NCBI GenBank assembly: GCA_947625965.1
Contig: CANQQO010000001.1
Location: forward strand, 60,596-124,595
Reading direction: 5' to 3'
From: an uncultured Oscillospiraceae bacterium
GTDB taxonomy: Bacteria > Bacillota > Clostridia > Oscillospirales > Oscillospiraceae
DNA: 64,000 nucleotides
Shown here: positions 24,913 to 34,515 of the stretch, piece by piece
Numbering within the stretch: the stretch's first letter is position 1
How the letters are laid out: each line of letters opens with the position of its first letter
Program-made: the position numbers and the translations under genes
Notes under the pieces: generated by a model
Seen by the model: the letters and a program-made list of their open reading frames with translations, nothing else
Told to the model about the DNA's origin: nothing
Databases searched by the model: none

Positions 24913-27060
24913 ATGGATCCCATTTTGAATACGCTGAATCCGGCCCAGATGGAGGCCGCCCAGGAGACGGAGGGCTATCTCCGGGTGGTGGCGGGGGCCG
25001 GCTCGGGAAAGACCCGGACGCTGACGGCCCGGTATCTGTACCTGGTGGAGGCGCTGGACATCTCCACCGCCAACATTCTCTGCCTGACCTTCACCAACAA
25101 GGCGGCGGCGGAGATGAAAAAGCGGATCCGGGCCCGCCTGCCGGACCGGGACCTGGGACGGATCACCACCTTCCACGGCTTCTGCGTGGGCCTGCTGAAG
25201 GAGGACTGCCACGTGGTGGAATACCCCAGCACCTTCCTGGTGCTGGACGAGGAGGACAAGGAGGCCATGCTCCGCCGGGTCTTCGAGGACCTGGGCGTCA
25301 CGGGCCGGGACCTGACCATCAAGGACGCGGTGGACTACATCGGCTGGCGGAAGGGAGGCCGCGGCTACGTCAAGACCCTCATCGACCCGGACCTGGACCG
25401 GCTCCTGGCCCACGAGAAGGAGGCCACTACCCTCAAGGACAAGGTCCTCTACCGCTATTTCTACGAGCAGCGGAAGTGCTACGGCCTGGATTTTGACGAT
25501 CTGATCTACTTCACCCTCTACATTCTGCAAACGGACAAAACCACCCGGGAGAAGTGGCAGCGGCGGCTGGAATACGTGATGGTGGACGAGTTCCAGGACA
25601 TCGACAAGGACCAGTACGCCCTGGCGGACATCCTGTCGGGCTATCACAAGAATCTTTTTGTCGTGGGGGACCCGGACCAGACCATCTATACCTGGCGGGG
25701 GGCCGACGTGAAATTCCTCCTGGAATTTGACAGCCGCCATCCGGGGACGAAGACCATCTACCTCAACGCCAACTACCGCTCTATCCCCCCGGTCCTCACC
25801 GCCGCCAACGCTCTGATCTCCCACAACCGGGACCGGCTGGAAAAGGAGCTGACCCCCATTCGGACCGGGGAGCGGAAGCCCCTGTATTTCCACGCCAGGA
25901 CCAGCCAACTGGAGGCGGACTGGCTCACGGCCCAGATGCGGGCCATGCACGACGGGGGGATGCCCTACTCCCAGATGGGGGTGCTGTACCGGGCCCACTA
26001 CGTATCCCGGGCGGTGGAGGAGTCCCTGATCCGGAACCGGATCCCCTATGTGCTCTATTCCGGCGTGGAGTTTTACAAGCGGAAGGAGATCAAGGATGTG
26101 TTATGTTACCTTCGGATGCTCTACTCCGGGGACGACGTCAGCTTTCTGCGCACCGTCAACGAGCCCCGGCGGGGGGTGGGCCGCAGCCGGATCGCGGCGC
26201 TGAAGCAGTACGCCCAGTGGAACAAGTGCAGCCTCTTTGAGGCCCTTTTGGCCAATTTGGAGACGGACCTGTTCCGCCGGAGCCGGGCCAGGGAGTATGC
26301 CCGGCTGATCGAGAAGTACCGGTCCATCTACGACCAGATGGACCTGACGGATCTGCTCTCCGGCATCCTGAGCGAGAGCGGCTACGAAGCGGCCCTCCGT
26401 TCCTCCGGGGAGGAGGAGCGGCTGGACAACCTGGCGGAGCTGAAGCAGGCCATTTACGATTTCCAGCGAAAGGCGGGGGAGGAGGTCACCCTGGGCAACT
26501 ACCTGGACCACGCCGCCCTCTTCACCAATATGGACCAGACGGAGCGCAGCGAGGCGGTGAAGCTGATGACGGTCCACGCCGCCAAGGGACTGGAATTTCC
26601 GGTGGTGTTCCTCTGCGGCCTGTCCGAGGGGATCTTTCCCGGGAAACGGGCCAACACCCGGGAAAAGCTGGAGGAGGAGCGGCGGCTGTGCTACGTGGCC
26701 ATGACCCGGGCCAGGGACCGGCTGTACCTCTCCGACGCCGCCGGCAGCAATTACGACGGCTCCAACCGCCTGCCCAGCCGGTTTTTGTTCAACGCGGGGG
26801 AGGGGAACGTGGAGTATGTGGTCCCCCTGGACCCGGAGCTGGTGGACCGAGTCCAGAGCCAGATCCAAAAGACGGAAAACCTGGAGCCCCGCACCCCCCG
26901 GGAGGACCCGGAGATCGGCAGGACCGTCCGGCACCCGGTCTTTGGGGAGGGAAAGATCATCGGCATCCCCCGGGACCAGAGCGGCTATATCATTCAATTC
27001 GAAAAGGTCCCCACCCCCAGGACCCTGGCCAAGAGCGCGAAGCTGGAATTTGTGCAGTAA
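24913..27060 (+). CDS. pcrA: ATP-dependent DNA helicase, UvrD/PcrA family
   Basis: AGAGSGKTRT Walker A, VDEFQD, TVHAAKGLEF, YVAMTRAR helicase motifs. AGGAGG RBS. Confidence 0.9.
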   Translation: MDPILNTLNPAQMEAAQETEGYLRVVAGAGSGKTRTLTARYLYLVEALDISTANILCLTFTNKAAAEMKKRIRARLPDRDLGRITTFHGFCVGLLKEDCHVVEYPSTFLVLDEEDKEAMLRRVFEDLGVTGRDLTIKDAVDYIGWRKGGRGYVKTLIDPDLDRLLAHEKEATTLKDKVLYRYFYEQRKCYGLDFDDLIYFTLYILQTDKTTREKWQRRLEYVMVDEFQDIDKDQYALADILSGYHKNLFVVGDPDQTIYTWRGADVKFLLEFDSRHPGTKTIYLNANYRSIPPVLTAANALISHNRDRLEKELTPIRTGERKPLYFHARTSQLEADWLTAQMRAMHDGGMPYSQMGVLYRAHYVSRAVEESLIRNRIPYVLYSGVEFYKRKEIKDVLCYLRMLYSGDDVSFLRTVNEPRRGVGRSRIAALKQYAQWNKCSLFEALLANLETDLFRRSRAREYARLIEKYRSIYDQMDLTDLLSGILSESGYEAALRSSGEEERLDNLAELKQAIYDFQRKAGEEVTLGNYLDHAALFTNMDQTERSEAVKLMTVHAAKGLEFPVVFLCGLSEGIFPGKRANTREKLEEERRLCYVAMTRARDRLYLSDAAGSNYDGSNRLPSRFLFNAGEGNVEYVVPLDPELVDRVQSQIQKTENLEPRTPREDPEIGRTVRHPVFGEGKIIGIPRDQSGYIIQFEKVPTPRTLAKSAKLEFVQ

Positions 27061-27122
27061 AGAGGGGCGTGCCGCGAAAATACAGTTCCTTCCCAAAACG
27101 CGCCTCTAATAATGAGAAAGAT

Positions 27123-27159
27123 CCGGCTGGAAAGGGGGGAAATCCCCATTTCCAGCCGG
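27123..27159. terminator. long hairpin between convergent pcrA and the PLC-like gene
   Basis: CCGGCTGGAAA...TTTCCAGCCGG (11-bp stem with an inner GGGG/CCCC). The flanking T-runs are weak on both strands. Confidence 0.45.
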
Positions 27160-27210
27160 AATGGATTTGGATATGATTTGAAAATGCGGTTTTGAGGCGC
27201 GCCCGAAAAG

Positions 27211-27759
27211 TCAGGAAAGGACGGCGGCTTGTTTTTCTTGGGCCTTGCCGAAGAACAGCTCTAGGATCGCCGTGCAGACGATGAGGGTGTACTTGGAATC
27301 GTTGTAAACGCCGGTCGGACGGTTTACATAATCATCGTGATAGTACCGGATCATATTCAGAATATTGTCATATTCCCCAGCCCGGCAGGCGTGCTCCTCC
27401 GCCATATAGCGGAAGAAGTAGCTCTCCAGCGTGCGCTCGTAGGAGCGGTGCTGCCGCAGGTTTTCCTGGAAGCTGTCGTTGTGCGCGTATGTAAAGGCGT
27501 CGGTGGTGTAGTGGATGAGCTTGCCCAGGCGGTAGAGGTCCAGCATCCGCAGATGGTCCCGGGCCTCCAGGCGGCGGCTGACCCGCCCCACATAGCGCTG
27601 GGAGTTGCTCCAATTGTGGCCCCGGAGCCAGGAGGCGCGGATGGAGCCCTTAATATAGGTGATGTAGTTCAAGTCCGGCTCCACACAGCCGATGAGAAAG
27701 GCCCGCCGGTACCGACGAGGCGTCTCGGCCAAAAACCGGTCCGCCAGATAGTGGGCCAA
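27211..27759 (-). CDS. zinc-dependent phospholipase C-like family protein (start uncertain)
   Basis: HYLADRF...EPDLNY...HNWSN...HYTTDAFTYAHN resembles the PLC-like His/Asp zinc motifs. The listed start is TTG with no RBS. A strong AAGGAGG (27798-27792) instead sits 5 nt before an in-frame ATC at 27786. Confidence 0.7.
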   Translation of the reverse strand: MAHYLADRFLAETPRRYRRAFLIGCVEPDLNYITYIKGSIRASWLRGHNWSNSQRYVGRVSRRLEARDHLRMLDLYRLGKLIHYTTDAFTYAHNDSFQENLRQHRSYERTLESYFFRYMAEEHACRAGEYDNILNMIRYYHDDYVNRPTGVYNDSKYTLIVCTAILELFFGKAQEKQAAVLS

Positions 27760-27936
27760 AAGCTGGTGACATTCGTAGCGCGTGATCGACGCCTCCTTTC
27801 TCAGTAACCCTAAGCTAATTCTATCACAGAGGCGGCTTTTTTTCCACTGGAAAAAAATATTTCTGCGTTTTGCACAAAAAGAAAAGCTATTTTTTATGCA
27901 AAACAGGCATTGCCGGAAGACAGCGGCAATGCCTAT

Positions 27937-28174
27937 TACAGTTTTTCAAACAGCCTTTCCGGGTTTGCCGTCCGCAGACGGCAAACCCATTTCGATCCTT
28001 TTTTGCCAGGGCGTGTACCTGGCAAAAAATACCTTACAGGCGGCAGTAGTGCGAGCTGTGCGCCGGAGGCGCACAGCGAGTGCGCGGGTCAGCCTGCGAT
28101 CCCCTCCAAATGGGAGCCCAGCGAAGCGGGTCCCATTTGGGAGGTTGTCAAAAACCTTCGTTTTTGACAACCTC
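27937..28174 (+). repeat. multi-hairpin intergenic repeat, copy B (forward orientation)
   Basis: Same module order as copy A plus the terminal GTCAAAAACcttcGTTTTTGAC hairpin. The variable stem here is CTGTGCGCCggaGGCGCACAG. Flanked by related hairpins at 27906-27933 and 28179-28209. Confidence 0.85.
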
Positions 28175-28219
28175 AAACGGGCATTGCCGGAAAAACTGCG
28201 GCAATGCCCGTTTGGCGCG

Positions 28220-31207
28220 TTATTCCTCGGTATCCAAAGTCTCTACCATGGTGAATTCCTGACGGGTGACGAAAGCGCCGTCGAAGTAGACGCTGACGCT
28301 GTACTCGCCGGGGGTGTCCGGCAGGGCGGGGATGCTCAGCTCACAGTCGCCGCCGTGGAGCATGGCGACCCAGGTGCGGACCTGGGTGTTGACGCTGACA
28401 AGATTGCCCGCGCTGTCCCGGATGATGTAAAGGGTGGTGATCTCGTCCCAGTCGAAGCTATACTTTGTATAGGTCCGCATGAGGATGGCGGCCTTCTGCC
28501 CCAGGGCGAAGGTGCTGGTGTAGTCGGACCTTGGCACGTCGTCGTACTCCCAGAACTCCTCGTCCGGAGCCAGGGCCATGGTGAAGGTGAAGTCCTCCGC
28601 CGTCAGGGTGTAGTCGTTGAAAGCGGGGGCGGCGGGAGTCTGGGTGGTGTACTCTCCCTGGAAGACGGTGCCGCCGTCCGCCGCCTGGATGGTGAAGGTA
28701 TACCGGCACTCGGGAATGACGGGGGTCAGGATGGCGGAATTGGTGTCGGTCCGCAGGACCTCCTCCCGCTCCGGCACCGCGGTGCCGTCCAGGGCGGTGA
28801 AGGAATAGAGGATCAGCCAGCCGCCGTCGGGGGCCGTGCCGGTAAAGTCCCAGCTCAGGTCGATCTGCTTGGGATCGGCGTGGTCTGCCTGGAAATTGGA
28901 AATGGTGTGGCTGTTGGCGGTGATGGAGGTCCGGCTGCCCACCATCATGCCCGGGGCGGTGACCTCCACGGTATAGGCCGCGGCGGTGTCGATGCCCGGG
29001 AAGACGGCCTCATAGACCCCAGGATCGGCGGCGGTGGGCTGCTCCACGGAGAGGGTCTGGTCGAAGCCCTGATCGTTGTAGCAGTGGACCTGCCAGCTCT
29101 CCACGGTAACGCCCTGGGGGGCGGTCCACCGAGCCATGAGAGACTGATTGTTGCAGCTCACGATCTCCAGCTCCTGGGCGTAGATCAGGGGCTGGACCGA
29201 ATAGGTCAGGGTGTCGCTGCCGGCGGTGAAGAGGCCGGAATCCGGCTCCAGGCGGAAGGTATAGTCCTTGCCCACCGTCAGGCCGGTGACGGTGACCATG
29301 TGGCCCGTAAAGGTGACAGACGCCTCCTCCTCGCCCTCGGCCTGGTACAGGAGCTTCCAGTTCTCCGGCTCCCGGCCGTCGATGGTGAAGTTGAGGATCA
29401 CGGCTCCCTCCTCCGCGCCGGAGGTGGCGGTGAAGCTGACGATGTTGATCTGGGCGGGGGTGGTGTAGTTGCAGGAGGTGGTGCCCATGAGCTGGTGGAA
29501 GCCGTCGATCTTCACCTGGATGGTGTAGATGGTATTGGGGGTCAGGTGGTCGAAGTGGGCCTCGCCGTTTTGGAGGCGGGCGGTCTGGGCGTTGCCGTAG
29601 GTGTCCGTCCGGACCACGCTGAGGAGGCTCTCGTCCGTCTCGGTGGTGACCTTCACGGTCATCTCCGTCTTCTCGCCGGTGACGTCCAGGGCCAGGATGG
29701 TTTGCAGATAGTAATTGTTGTAGAACCAGTGCCCCGCGAACAGCAGCGCCGCGACGACCAGCACCAGGCACAGCAGCACGATGGGAGCCTTGCTCTTTTT
29801 CTTGGGCTTCTTCTCCTCGGCGGGGTAGTACTTCCGTCCGCTCCGGGCGGGAGCGGGCCGGCTCTTGACCGGCGCGGAGGGGCCGGCTCGCCTGACAGGA
29901 GGCCGCTGGCCCTTCTGGGCCGGGGACTGCGGCGGCTCCTTCTCCACGGGGATGGGCTCCGGCATGGGCACGTCGATGGGCTCCGGCGCCACCACGGGCT
30001 CCGGGGTCTGATGGGCGATGAGCTCGTCCACCTGGGACAGGATGTCCGTCGTCTCGTCGGTCAGGCCGCCGTATTCCTGATCGGGGTCCGCGTCGTCGGA
30101 GGCAAGAGCGTCCAGGAACGCAAAGTCCTCCGCCTCCACCCGGGGGGCGGGCGCCTCGCCGGAGTCGGGGTCGGACTCGGTGGGATCGCCGTCCTCATCC
30201 TGGAAGGAGATCTCCCCCTCGGCCATCTGTTTCAGCAGGGCCTCCAGCATGGCCTCCGCGCTGGTCTGGGCGGGCGCCTCTTCCTCCTGGGCCGGGGGCT
30301 CCTGGTCGGTCATGGGATCGTCGTTGACGCCGTTGCGCTGCATATAGGCCACGATCTCCTGGCCCATATCGATGGGATCGGTCCAGCGGGCCTCGGGATC
30401 GGGATCGATGGCCTTGAGGATGATCTTGCTCATTTCCTCGTCGGCGAACTTAGGCGGGGACAGGGGCGTGTCGGGGGCTCGGCCGGTGAAGGGCAGCACG
30501 CCTCCGTTGTATGCCTGATACAGGATCATGCCCGCGGCGTAGATATCCAGGGTGCCGTTCAGGGTGGACATGGCGTCCTTGATCTCCGGCGGGGTGTAGG
30601 CGCTGATGTATTTATCCGGCAGGGAGGCATATTTCAGCGACGAATCATTCACGAAGCCCAGATCGCCGATGCGGTATTCCCGCTCCGGGGAGATGAAGAC
30701 GTTCCCCGGCTTCAGGTCCGCGTACAGGTATCCGGCCCGGCGGCACACGGCCAGGGCGGCGCAGAGGTCCAGCCCCAGATTCACCGCGCCCAGGTAGGTC
30801 ATGGTCTCCTTTCGGAAGAACCGCTCCAGGCTCCGGCGGTAGGGACTCAGCAGGTACACGTCGTACCCCACCTCTCCCTCCATGGGAACGATCTGGTAGC
30901 TGTCGTAGGTCAGAAAGCCCTCCACTCGGGACAGCCGCAGCAGGGTCTTGGCCTCCTTCACGGTCCCGTCGGCCAGCTCCCGGAAGTAGCTCAGGGCGGC
31001 GGCCTCGTTTTCGTAGGCGCCGGCCAGCAGCAGGGCCTGGGTCTGGACCTGTGACGCGGGGATGGAAATGATTTTTACAATATATTTCTTATCAGTCGCC
31101 TTGTTGATGGCGGGGCAGCAGCGCACGCCATGATGCTCGCTCATGGGCTCGCCCATGAAGAAGCCGTCCAGCATGGGGCTGATCAGCTTTGGCTCTGACA
31201 ATTCCAT
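28220..31207 (-). CDS. membrane Ser/Thr protein kinase-like protein with large Ig/Fn3-like ectodomain (995 aa)
   Basis: Kinase core: YIVKII (Lys), YADLKPGNVF, IGDLGF, YTPPE. Acidic/Pro-rich linker, one TM (IVLLCLVLVVAALLFAG), then about 500 aa of beta-rich repeats. AAGGAGG RBS. Confidence 0.85.
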   Translation of the reverse strand: MELSEPKLISPMLDGFFMGEPMSEHHGVRCCPAINKATDKKYIVKIISIPASQVQTQALLLAGAYENEAAALSYFRELADGTVKEAKTLLRLSRVEGFLTYDSYQIVPMEGEVGYDVYLLSPYRRSLERFFRKETMTYLGAVNLGLDLCAALAVCRRAGYLYADLKPGNVFISPEREYRIGDLGFVNDSSLKYASLPDKYISAYTPPEIKDAMSTLNGTLDIYAAGMILYQAYNGGVLPFTGRAPDTPLSPPKFADEEMSKIILKAIDPDPEARWTDPIDMGQEIVAYMQRNGVNDDPMTDQEPPAQEEEAPAQTSAEAMLEALLKQMAEGEISFQDEDGDPTESDPDSGEAPAPRVEAEDFAFLDALASDDADPDQEYGGLTDETTDILSQVDELIAHQTPEPVVAPEPIDVPMPEPIPVEKEPPQSPAQKGQRPPVRRAGPSAPVKSRPAPARSGRKYYPAEEKKPKKKSKAPIVLLCLVLVVAALLFAGHWFYNNYYLQTILALDVTGEKTEMTVKVTTETDESLLSVVRTDTYGNAQTARLQNGEAHFDHLTPNTIYTIQVKIDGFHQLMGTTSCNYTTPAQINIVSFTATSGAEEGAVILNFTIDGREPENWKLLYQAEGEEEASVTFTGHMVTVTGLTVGKDYTFRLEPDSGLFTAGSDTLTYSVQPLIYAQELEIVSCNNQSLMARWTAPQGVTVESWQVHCYNDQGFDQTLSVEQPTAADPGVYEAVFPGIDTAAAYTVEVTAPGMMVGSRTSITANSHTISNFQADHADPKQIDLSWDFTGTAPDGGWLILYSFTALDGTAVPEREEVLRTDTNSAILTPVIPECRYTFTIQAADGGTVFQGEYTTQTPAAPAFNDYTLTAEDFTFTMALAPDEEFWEYDDVPRSDYTSTFALGQKAAILMRTYTKYSFDWDEITTLYIIRDSAGNLVSVNTQVRTWVAMLHGGDCELSIPALPDTPGEYSVSVYFDGAFVTRQEFTMVETLDTEE

Positions 31208-31349
31208 CGCCTCCTTTCGTACTTATCACATATTATAAGAATATTTTTTCAAAAAAGCAACCTCTTGAGGTTGTTTTATTTTGCAAGAAATGCTATAATT
31301 ACATCGAAAAGAGGCGCAGGACCCTTTGCGCCAGTTAGGAGGAACTGTT

Positions 31350-32531
31350 ATGAGCAAGATCATCTGCGATGTCTGCGGTACTGCCTACCCGGATACCGCC
31401 ACCGTCTGCCCCATCTGCGGCTGTGCCAGGCCGGAGAATCCCCAGACGGCCGCCGAACTCACCGGCGAAGCCGAGGAGGCCGGAGGCTACACTTATGTAA
31501 AGGGCGGCCGCTTTTCCAAGGCCAACGTCCGCCGCCGGAATCAGGAGTCCGTGCCCATGCCTCCCCGCCGCGAGACGCGGGATACGCGGGAGATGGATAT
31601 GATGGATGAGGACGACGAGGAACCCATGGACCGGTATCCCGAGCGGTCCAACAACATCGTCATCATCGCCGTTGTGGTGCTGCTGGCCGCCGTAGTGCTG
31701 ATCGTGGGCTTTATCGCCGTGCGATTCTTCCTGCCGGACCTCTTTGGCGGCGGAGAGACCACCGCGCCTTCTACCACCGCCGGCACGACCCAGGGAACCA
31801 CAGCGGCCCAGGAGACGACCCAGCCCGGCGTGATCCCCTGCACCGACCTGGTGCTGACGGACACCCAGATCAAGCTGGCCAGCGTCGGCGCGGGCTGGAA
31901 GCTGAATCCCATCGCCCAGCCCTCCGACACCACCGACGAGATCCACTTCGCCTCCAGCGATGAGAAGGTGGCCATCGTCACCGTGTCCGGGCAGGTCACC
32001 GCCGTGGGCCCCGGCACCGCCACCATCACCGTCACCTGCGGCGAGGTGACCAAGCAGGTCACCGTCGTCTGCGACTTTGAGACCACGCCGCCTACTTCGG
32101 AGCCCACCACGCCTTCCGGTTCGGAGCCCACTTCCGAGCCTACTTCCGAGCCCACCACGCCTCCCACTTCTTCGGAGTCCGGCGGCTTTAAGCTCAACCG
32201 GGAGGACTTCACCATGTTCGCCAAGGGCGAACAGTGGGATCTCTACGATGGCGCTTCCGTCGGCCGGGACAACATCAAATGGACTTCCTACGATGAATCC
32301 GTCTGCACCGTCAGCCGGGGCATCGTCACGGCGGTCGGCCCCGGCGACACCACGGTGGTCGCGGAGTACAACGGCCAGACCTTGAAGTGCATCGTCCGCG
32401 TTCGGATCGAGGAGGATGAGTCGACCGCCACCGACCCCTCCAGCAGCAGTACCACCAAGTCCACGAACGCGACCACTAAGGCAACGGACGGGACGACCAA
32501 GGGCACCGAAGAGACGAAGAAATCTTCCTGA
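31350..32531 (+). CDS. zinc-ribbon / single-pass membrane / Big_2-like Ig-domain protein
   Basis: AGGAGG RBS. MSKIICDVCGTAYPDTATVCPICG, TM IVIIAVVVLLAAVVLIVGFIAV, two Big_2-like segments (GTATITVTCGEVTKQVTVV and GDTTVVAEYNGQTLKCIVRV), Ser/Thr-rich tail. Confidence 0.8.
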   Translation: MSKIICDVCGTAYPDTATVCPICGCARPENPQTAAELTGEAEEAGGYTYVKGGRFSKANVRRRNQESVPMPPRRETRDTREMDMMDEDDEEPMDRYPERSNNIVIIAVVVLLAAVVLIVGFIAVRFFLPDLFGGGETTAPSTTAGTTQGTTAAQETTQPGVIPCTDLVLTDTQIKLASVGAGWKLNPIAQPSDTTDEIHFASSDEKVAIVTVSGQVTAVGPGTATITVTCGEVTKQVTVVCDFETTPPTSEPTTPSGSEPTSEPTSEPTTPPTSSESGGFKLNREDFTMFAKGEQWDLYDGASVGRDNIKWTSYDESVCTVSRGIVTAVGPGDTTVVAEYNGQTLKCIVRVRIEEDESTATDPSSSSTTKSTNATTKATDGTTKGTEETKKSS

Positions 32532-32600
32532 TTTCCCCATGTAAAGACTGCGGCGGCACGTCAAAAGGTGCCGCCGCATCGGTGCGTCTGAATGGCGGCG

Positions 32601-32804
32601 TTACGACTCGCCGCCGCGGCTGCCCTTCCGGAACAGCAGGGAGATGCACCAAAGCCCCGCCAGGCCGATCACGGTATAGATGATCCGGCTGAGCAGGGCA
32701 TCCTGCCCGCCGAACAGCCATGCCACCAGGTCAAATTGGAAAATGCCCACCAGGCCCCAGTTGATGGAGCCAATGATGGAAAGTATCAGCGCCAAGGTAT
32801 CCAT
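32601..32804 (-). CDS. DUF378-family small membrane protein (67 aa)
   Basis: MDTLALILSIIGSINWGLVGIFQFDLVAWLFGG is the DUF378 hallmark. GGAGG RBS. Confidence 0.8.
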   Translation of the reverse strand: MDTLALILSIIGSINWGLVGIFQFDLVAWLFGGQDALLSRIIYTVIGLAGLWCISLLFRKGSRGGES

Positions 32805-32921
32805 TTCAAAACCTCCGATCCATAGTTGGGCTGTCACTAGATTTCCCAGCCAGCGGGGCATTATACCGAAAAAAACTGGAAAAAGTGGGTATTCTATCTA
32901 AAAATAATAAAGGAGCAGCCT

Positions 32922-33779
32922 ATGACCATTCTCCAGGAACCCGCCTTTGCCAAGGTCAATCTGACCCTGGACGTCCTGGGCCGGCGCCCGGACGGCTACC
33001 ACGATTTGAAAAGCGTCATGCAGACCGTCTCCATCCGGGACGACGTCACCCTGACCCTGGGGACCGGGGAGCCCTGGCGACTGACCTGCAACTGGGAGGA
33101 CATTCCCACGGGGCCGGAAAACCTGGCGTGGAGGGCGGCGGAGACATTTTTCCGAAACGCCCGCCGGGACCCCGGGGGCCTGACCATCGACATTCTCAAG
33201 CGGATCCCCGTCCAGGCGGGGCTGGCGGGGGGAAGCGCCGACGCGGCGGCGGTCCTCCGGGCCTTGAACCGGTACTGCGACTTTCCCTTTTCCATCCTGG
33301 CCCTGGCAGAGCTGGGGAGCCTGGTGGGCAGCGACGTGCCCTTCTGCGTTCTGGGCGGCACGGCCATGGTCGAGGGCAGGGGAGAGCGGCTGCGGAAGCT
33401 GCCGGACCTGCCGGAGTGCTTCTTCGTGGTGTGCAAACCGGATTTCTCCGTATCCACCCCGGAGCTCTACGAAAAGCTGGACCGCACCGCCATCGCCAAG
33501 CGCCCGGATCACCGGGCCATGGAGAGCGCCCTCCTGGCCGGGGACCTGGCCAAGGTGGCGGAAAACCTTTGGAATGTCTTTGACCCGGTGGTGACGGCGG
33601 AGCATTTGGAGCTGAACTATATCAAATCCATCTGCAACACCTACGGCTCCCTGGGCCAGCAGATGACTGGCTCCGGCTCGGCGGTCTTCGCCATGATGCC
33701 CAGCTTCGAGTATGCCGCCGTGGTCTGCAATATGCTGAAAGACAACTATCCTCAGGTTTATATTGCCAGATCTGTATAA
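32922..33779 (+). CDS. ispE: 4-(cytidine 5'-diphospho)-2-C-methyl-D-erythritol kinase
   Basis: AKVNLTLDVLGRRPDGYH, PVQAGLAGGSADAAA GHMP-kinase motif. Confidence 0.95.
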   Translation: MTILQEPAFAKVNLTLDVLGRRPDGYHDLKSVMQTVSIRDDVTLTLGTGEPWRLTCNWEDIPTGPENLAWRAAETFFRNARRDPGGLTIDILKRIPVQAGLAGGSADAAAVLRALNRYCDFPFSILALAELGSLVGSDVPFCVLGGTAMVEGRGERLRKLPDLPECFFVVCKPDFSVSTPELYEKLDRTAIAKRPDHRAMESALLAGDLAKVAENLWNVFDPVVTAEHLELNYIKSICNTYGSLGQQMTGSGSAVFAMMPSFEYAAVVCNMLKDNYPQVYIARSV

Positions 33780-33791
33780 AATCGCCGAGAT

Positions 33792-33832
33792 CCGTCCATA
33801 CTGGAATTATTTCCGTATGGACGGTGTTTTTT
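33792..33832 (+). terminator. hairpin plus T-tract after ispE, abutting the spoIIR start
   Basis: CCGTCCATA-15 nt-TATGGACGG followed by TGTTTTTT. The spoIIR ATG follows immediately. Confidence 0.55.
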
Positions 33833-34444
33833 ATGAAAAAACTGATGCAATTCGGGGCCTTGTGCCTGCTTCTGGCTCTGATGGTGTGGTACGTAGGCGT
33901 GCTGAAGGACCGGCAATATCTGGGGGACGGGCTGATCCGCCTCCACGTGGTGGCGGCCTCCGACGGCGAGGAGGACCAGGCGGTGAAATTGCGGGTCCGG
34001 GACGCCCTGACGGAGCGTCTGAACGCCGCCCTGGCGGCCATGCCCGACCGGGCCCAGGCGGAGGCGTATCTGCGGAGCAGCTTGGAGAGCCTGGAGGATC
34101 TGGCGAATCAGACCCTCTCCGCCCTGGGATGCCGGGACACCGCGAGGGTGACGCTGGAAGAGGAAGCCTTTCCCACCCGGGATTACGATACCTTCTCCCT
34201 GCCCGCCGGGGTCTATACGGCCCTCCGCGTGGTCATCGGGGAGGGGGAGGGGCACAACTGGTGGTGTGTGGTCTTTCCCGGCCTGTGCCTGCCCCAGACC
34301 CAGGAGGAATTCCGGGACAAGGCCGCCTCCGCCAGCTTTCCCACGTCCCTGAACGCCGCGCTGACGGCCCAGCCGGGCTATGAGGTCCGATTTTTCCTCC
34401 TGGACCTGCTGGGAAGACTGGAAAATTTCTTTTTCGACCGGTAA
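33833..34444 (+). CDS. spoIIR: stage II sporulation protein R
   Basis: MKKLMQFGALCLLLALMV signal-like N-terminus, then IRLHVVAASDGEEDQAVKLRVRDAL and NWWCVVFP, typical of SpoIIR. An alternative GTG lies at 33824. Confidence 0.85.
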   Translation: MKKLMQFGALCLLLALMVWYVGVLKDRQYLGDGLIRLHVVAASDGEEDQAVKLRVRDALTERLNAALAAMPDRAQAEAYLRSSLESLEDLANQTLSALGCRDTARVTLEEEAFPTRDYDTFSLPAGVYTALRVVIGEGEGHNWWCVVFPGLCLPQTQEEFRDKAASASFPTSLNAALTAQPGYEVRFFLLDLLGRLENFFFDR

Positions 34445-34515
34445 ACTGACCCTGTCATTGGGACCGAATCCGTGATATAATAGCCAAAAGACAGAAAGAA
34501 AGGTGGAGGATCGGA

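Noticed and set aside
27782-31054. 1090-aa plus-strand ORF antisense to the kinase gene
   Set aside because: Gly/Val/Arg/Ala-rich low-complexity translation with no motifs. It starts inside repeat copy B. The minus-strand frame carries the kinase motifs, a TM segment and an RBS.
33792-33835. A sigma-F promoter for spoIIR between ispE and spoIIR
   Set aside because: The 53-bp gap is filled by a hairpin and T-tract that end at the start codon. No room or match for a promoter was found. The promoter must lie inside ispE or the genes are co-transcribed, which cannot be resolved from sequence alone.
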